Assembly (NCBI RefSeq): GCF_009914755.1
Contig: NC_060926.1
Strand: one strand, 5' to 3'
Source of the DNA: the human T2T-CHM13v2.0 reference genome, Homo sapiens
DNA length: 64,000 nucleotides
The notes under the pieces are model-generated. The model had not been told where the DNA came from and did no database searches. It worked only from the letters and a program-made list of their open reading frames with translations. Shown in pieces: positions 55,331 to 64,000 of this stretch (positions within the stretch are counted from its first letter, which is position 1; every line of letters begins with the position of its first letter). The position numbers were made by a program, and so were the translations under genes.

Positions 55331-57060
55331 CATTCCAACAGAAGTAAATAAAAAACATGTTTGCTGTGCTTAAAAGTAGCAAATAAGCTTTCCTGCCCAA
55401 CATGGACCTGTGCTTATAAACACATTTTTCACAAGTATAAAGTTGTAAGTGTTTACCCCATTACAGGCAAGCATATGGTTCTTTCACTCAAAAGAGATAA
55501 ATACGTGCTGAACCTCAAAATGATAAATGTATTTTAGAAAATACCAAAAGTTATGAATGTGCTGCTAAGGAGTAGTAAACAATGCATGTAGGCAATGCTG
55601 TACCAGTTAATGTACCTTTGATTGTGGCAAATCAGAAGATGAGGTTTGCAACTGCCAATCAGCGGAATGTAACGCACCCCAAGAGCTCCCAGGATCCTAA
55701 TTAGTATGTATGCCCAGTCTCTGCCAGGGTGAAGAGAGCAGTAACCCCCTGCATTGCTCCGGAGCTGCTTGTGGCTTTGCATACACTGAATGTGATGGGA
55801 AACACTGGCGGAGCACAGAAGGAGGCCAAAGCAATGAGAGTCCAGCCAATTCCTGAGCAAATGGCATATGGCTTCCTCCCTCATTGTTTCTTTCTTGCTC
55901 ACAGTTGCTGCCTAGCTTGTTAAAGGAAATACTTAAGTGAAAGCTGTTTAAGCTAACTGGAGTTTTTATGCAGTTTCTTTTAGTGTTGTCTACTCTTCAG
56001 TATCCTGTACTTAAGTTCTGGTTTTACCATTAAAGGGTAGCTCCTCAGAATGAAACACTCATTCTGAGCCCATTGGAGTATTTCTTAGGGACTTTTTCTA
56101 CCAAGTAACCAGAGCTAGCAAGGAAGGCCCTTGTCATGCATTGCCTTCAATCTGTGAAGATATAAGCCTAGAAACACCAGAATGGACAAAGGAGATTTCG
56201 AATAGAAGTGAATGGAGTTGATACACAGAGAGAAATAGACAAGAGAAGAGGAAATAAATAGTACTGGTATCAGCATCCAATATTTAGCATACCTGGATCC
56301 CATTGCTCCTGAGGTCAGCCCAGGCATTGCTCTTTCTGAAATTATGTCCCATTCCCCAGTGTTGTTGCTTCTTTAAAACTTTCTGTTAGGTCTCTTTTAC
56401 TTGACTGATATGTTTAGTAAAAATACAAAGTACTTAAGCATTTGGTTTTACATTATTCTTTCTAATAACACTCAGAGTCTTTTTTTTTTCCTTCTAGTGC
56501 TTACCACAACTTATAATGGTGTATTAATTAAATAGCATTTTCCCATTAGACAGTGTATAACATGAAAGAGGGGACCATGCCTGTGTGGCTCACCACTAAA
56601 TACAAAACACTTGGCATGATGCTTAGAACAGAGTAGGCATTTAGTAAATGCTGATGGATGAGTAAATGAGTGAATGCATGAACTATACTAATACCTCAGT
56701 CAGTATCAAAAGCGATAATGGACTTTCAAGAATCTCTATAAAAAACTAAATCAAAGAAGGATGTTTAAGTTGTTCTCAATACCCAAGAATTTAGGTGGCT
56801 GGTGATTATGAAAAAGTAATTCAATTCCAATATTTCCCTTATTTCATTTGGTCATTGTGTCAGATACTCTGTAGGGTTCTTAAGTTGTTGATATCTCCAT
56901 TGTATTTTATGCCTTGTTTTTGAAAATCAAATCTCTTTGACTTGAATCTGGCCATTGTAGCCAATTAACATGAAGATGCCTATGTTAAATTAAATAAGCA
57001 GGAATTAAATAATTGGCCTGGGGATATTTCCCTACTTTAAATTCTTAGGTAAGAAACTGC

Positions 57061-57625
<565 letters not shown>

Positions 57626-58244
57626 CTAAAAGTCTATGTTTTGTAACAGCCAGGTCTCAGCCACTCATAAGGGTGTCAGCCAATCACATGAGGCCAGCTC
57701 ATCAGATCATGTCCAAATGAGGCAATGCCTAGCTGTAAATAATCAAGCTATTTCTGCATTTTACCTCCATTGTTGTGTGTAAACATTCATTGCCCACATT
57801 GCAGAGTAGAGCTCCCTGAACATCTGGTTCTGGGTGCTGCCCAATTCATGAATCATTCTTTGCTCAAACTCTGTTCAATTTGTCTAAAGTTAACACCTGC
57901 AATTTGGATATAAGGTGTGAATGGTAGGATTCTTTTTATCTCACAGGGTACTTGGGTAGCCAAATGAAAAATCAGATTGTTCCCAGAATAGTGCTTTATA
58001 TAAATGCATTATACAAGTGTGAGCGAATATGACTTTTATGGGAAAACCACCACTACCTCTAAGAGCTAAACCAGTAAAATTAAATCAGAGTGGATGAGAT
58101 ATTTCTGCAGAAGTCCTTTTAGGGGACTAGGAGACAGAGTATCTTCTGAACCATAGCAGTAGGTATAGAAATCTAATTGAAGGATGTAGTCTAGGCATAG
58201 AAAGAAAAACTAGACATAAACGTTGCACCAGCCTAAGAAATTTT

Positions 58245-58640
58245 GTGTATTTGTTTGAAGTAAACAAAATACTAAAAACTGGGTGGCTGAAACAACAGAA
58301 ATTTATTTTATCACAGTTCTGGTAGCTAGAAGTCTAAGATCAAGGTATCAGCAGTGTTGATTCCTTCCAAGAGCTGTGAAAGAGAATATGTTCCATGACT
58401 CTTTCCTGGCTTCTGGTGATTTTCTGGCAATTTTTGACATCCTTTGCTTATAGATGCATCACTTCAATCCCTGCCTTCATCTTCAAATGCCATATTAAAT
58501 TAGGGCTCATCCTAATGACCACATCTTAATGTGATCATCAGCAAAAATCCTATTTCTCAGAGGGTGACCTCAGTAGGTCAGTAGGGTACTGGGTCTAGGA
58601 CTTCAGTATAGGGATTTGGGGGACACGATTTCACCAATAA
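58245..58640 (-). mobile_element. MLT1 (MLT1C-like) MaLR solo LTR
   Basis: 'aactgggtggctgaaacaacagaaatttattttatcacagttctggtagctagaagtctaagatcaaggt'. Confidence 0.8.
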
Positions 58641-59148
58641 AATATGCACCCACAGAAGAAAGATGCTTCACTTCAGATTTTTAAAGGAAAACAAAAAATT
58701 GTCATACTTATGACTCCCTCGTGGTCCAGGGGAAAGGGTGCTCAAATGTACTGGAACTTAGCATTGATAGGTCTGTTTCTATAGTAAAGACTCATCTTTT
58801 TCTGCGCTCAGCTCTGGCTACATTCTTTCAAAGCAAAATTCTAAAAATGATTTTGCTGTTTCCAACCTGGGAGAGTATGTGCTTACCTGATAGCATAAGC
58901 ATTCTTACACATTCAGAAATTTTAATTCTCAATGTAAATCAATGAGTCACTGTCTACCATATATGTTGATATATATGAAATTTATTTAAGGTAAATCCAT
59001 CCCTCTGAGTTTAGTACCTCTAGGTGCTCTTGTTGAATCCATTTTCTGCACATGTCACATGCTACATGCAACCCTGATGAAATCTTGTCCTAATTAACAC
59101 TAATTATAATGTGGTGCAACTTTTTATGCTATTTAAATAATAGCATTT

Positions 59149-59616
59149 ATTTAATAACTAGCCATGAGAATAATTCAGTCCCAACAATTGCTGACTGTTG
59201 ACAGTGTAAGGATAATCATGACCTCCATTCATTCATTTGCTGACAGGCCTTCAGAAGCTTGAGGACATGAATGGCAAGTGTGTATCAAGCATGGGCCAAT
59301 TTGTTTAAGTTGGACGTTGCCTTGAGGGAAGGGCAGGAACAGTGTTTTCTCAGCAAAGTTTTTCACTTGCCTTACTGAGATGACGAAAGATACGTAGAAA
59401 ACAGGAACCAGGAGGCTTTGTGGAAGCTAAGTTGATGAGATCACTGAACTAACCCTCGGTGTTACTTAGAATGGTCATCACTTTTCTTTAACACTGCTAA
59501 AGATTCTCCCCAGTGAAATTAGGCAAGAAAATAAAAAAGCATCCAGATTGAAAAAGAAGTAAATCTGTCTAGTCCCAGGTGACATGATGGTCTATGTAGA
59601 GGACTTGATGAAATAT
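59149..59616 (-). repeat. 468-bp inverted copy of 62441-62908, flanked by a 20-bp direct repeat
   Basis: About 7 substitutions and no indels by manual comparison; TTTATGCTATTTAAATAATA at 59123-59142 and 59616-59635. Confidence 0.96.
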
Positions 59617-59678
59617 TTATGCTATTTAAATAATATTTACTAATGTTTGATTATTATTGTTCATATTATCATTCCTAG

Positions 59679-59736
59679 CTCTCTCTTTCTGTCTCTCTCT
59701 CTCTCTCTATAAGAGAGAGAGAGATCTAGGAATGAT

Positions 59737-59805
<69 letters not shown>
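59679..59805. repeat. (CT)n/(AG)n/(TA)n/(GA)n compound microsatellite
   Basis: Directly visible. Confidence 0.95.
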
Positions 59806-59806
<1 letters not shown>

Positions 59807-60224
59807 CATATATATATAGGCATATTTATATATATATAGACATATTTCATGTCTGTATATGCAGAGACTATACAAATACTCAGTACATAATAGAGGCTGG
59901 GATTCTTTTTTCTAATAATAAATGTGCTATAAAACATGATTCATTAAGTTGCTGTTAACATAACTTTTATTAAAGCTGAAAAAAAACTCTAAATGTGCTA
60001 CCTTTCTTATTTCTGATGCTTTTAAGTTATCTCCCGTCACTGACTTGGCTTTTAGTTTCCTTGATATAAATTCCTTCTCAGATTTTCAAAAAGCTCCCAA
60101 GACCTTATGTAGCCTGTTACCAGTTTAGGTAGGTGCCCTGAGAAGGAGCCTAGAGGAAGTTACCACATTTTATGTTCCCGTAGCACTCTGACCTTCCCCT
60201 TTATGAAGACTCATCACACTTCTG

Positions 60225-62585
<2,361 letters not shown>

Positions 62586-63129
62586 TTCTAAGTAACACCG
62601 AGGGTTAGTTCAGTGATCTCATCAACTTAGCTTCCACAAAGCCTCCTGGTTCCTGTTTTCTACGTATCTTTCGTCATCTCAGTAAGGCAAGTGAAAAACT
62701 TTGCTGAGAAAACACTGTCCCTGTCCTTCCCTCAAGGCAACGTCCAACTTAAACAAATTGGCCCATGCTTGATACACACTTGCCATTCATGTCCTCAAGC
62801 TTCCGAAGGCCTGTCAGCAAATGAATGAATGGAGGTCATGTTTATACTTACACTGTCAACAGTCAGCAATTGTTGGGACTGAATTATTCTCATGGCTAGT
62901 TATTAAATCATTAAGTCTTAAAAGTTTATTCATCCTAACAGTGCTCAGGACAATCTAGTTTTGTTTTTCTAAATGATGAATAAAATGTTTTCAAATTTGA
63001 GGGTCTGAATGAACCTAACAAATTATCACCCTTCTAAAAGGAACTTATAACAGAGCCATGATTTATAACTTTGAAGATGTCAAACTTCTTTGCTAACAAT
63101 AAATACTTACTGACTTCACATTAGCTGCC

Positions 63130-63720
63130 ATGTCCATCAACGAGGAAACAGAAAGGTGAAGTGAAACTCACTATATCTCACGGTAAGGGGTATATGAGCT
63201 AAATTGCTTTCAGCTGCAAGTTTCAGAAAACCCCACCTCTAATTACCTTAAATAATAAGGAAATGTACTATTTTTCATGAAAAGAAATACAGAATAATAA
63301 CAGTGAGTACCATTATCCCACTCATTATGGAGCTTTTCTCAACTGGATCTCCAGAGAATTTAGCCCTAATGCCTTAAGGCATCTATTGCATGCAATTAAT
63401 TAACTTCTATGCATCTGTAGTGGTAGTATTTACTATCACTCTTGAGAGAATTAAGAAAAGATCCACATCTTTGTTCTGTGATTCCAAAGCAGAACCTCAA
63501 TTGAAGAAGGCTGAATAGTTTGGCTTTCTCCCCCTTTCGCCCTCAAAATGACTTCCTTTATGGTTATAAGACACGCCAGAGCATCCTGGCATCACATTCA
63601 AAAAAGACAGCTTTCAGGGATGAGGGAGGGAGGGGAGGAGGCCTTTTTCATTTAACTATTTATTAGAAGTGAGGGAACAAGAAGCCCCATCACACTTTCC
63701 CCTACAACTTATTATGTTGG
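63130..63720. mobile_element. Old MLT1 LTR with a nested Charlie4z-like hAT element (~63330-63512)
   Basis: 'gctttcagctgcaagtttcagaaaaccc' (old MLT1-like); 'cttttctcaac...cttgagagaattaagaaaa...aacctcaattgaagaaggctg' (Charlie-like termini). Confidence 0.5.
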
Positions 63721-63724
63721 CCCA

Positions 63725-64000
63725 ATGAAAGAAGTAACTGCAGATGTGGTAGAAACAGCAAGAAAACTCACATTAGAAATGGAGCCTGAAGATGTGACTG
63801 AATTGCAAGAATCTCTTGATAAAACTTTAACAGATGGGGAGTAGCTTCTTATGGATGATCAGAGAAAGTGGTTTCTTGAGATGGAATCTACTCCTGGTGA
63901 AGATGCTGTGAACGTTGTTGAAATGACAACAAAGAATTAAGAACATTACAGAAACCTGCTAGATAAAGTAGTAGCAGAATGTGCGAGGAGTGACTTCTGT
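63725..64000 (+). mobile_element. Tigger1 (TcMar-Tigger) transposase C-terminal fragment
   Basis: 'gaagtaactgcagatgtggtagaaacagcaaga...gagcctgaagatgtgactgaattgc...gagatggaatctactcctggtgaagatgctgtgaac'. Confidence 0.9.

Overview
Primate (human-like) non-coding genomic DNA, AT-rich and CpG-depleted, with no CpG island and no recognisable host protein-coding exon, tRNA, rRNA or CRISPR array. It is dominated by retroelements: a 5'-truncated, internally deleted HERV-L provirus (gag, RT, RNase H, integrase and dUTPase relics) with its MLT2A 3' LTR (~990-5326), 13 Alus, several old L1s, MaLR solo LTRs, a MER57/MER93-type LTR, DNA transposon relics (MER20, MER63, Charlie4z-like, Tigger1), MIR/L2, microsatellites and a GT-rich minisatellite. 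What repeat annotation does not explain is a recurring set of locally templated inverted duplications. These are a 468-bp, ~98.5%-identical inverted copy inserted with a 20-bp target duplication (59149-59616, source 62441-62908), a ~130-bp inverted copy of flanking DNA inside a scrambled L1 (44086-44241, source 42995-43122), a 50-bp-arm hairpin at a MIR tail (13435-13567), and several shorter fold-backs. A 20-residue DUX/PRD-homeodomain-like fragment lies at 45312-45371. Repeat subfamily names come from recalled consensus sequences and should be confirmed with RepeatMasker/Dfam. I found no evidence of a new multi-gene system.
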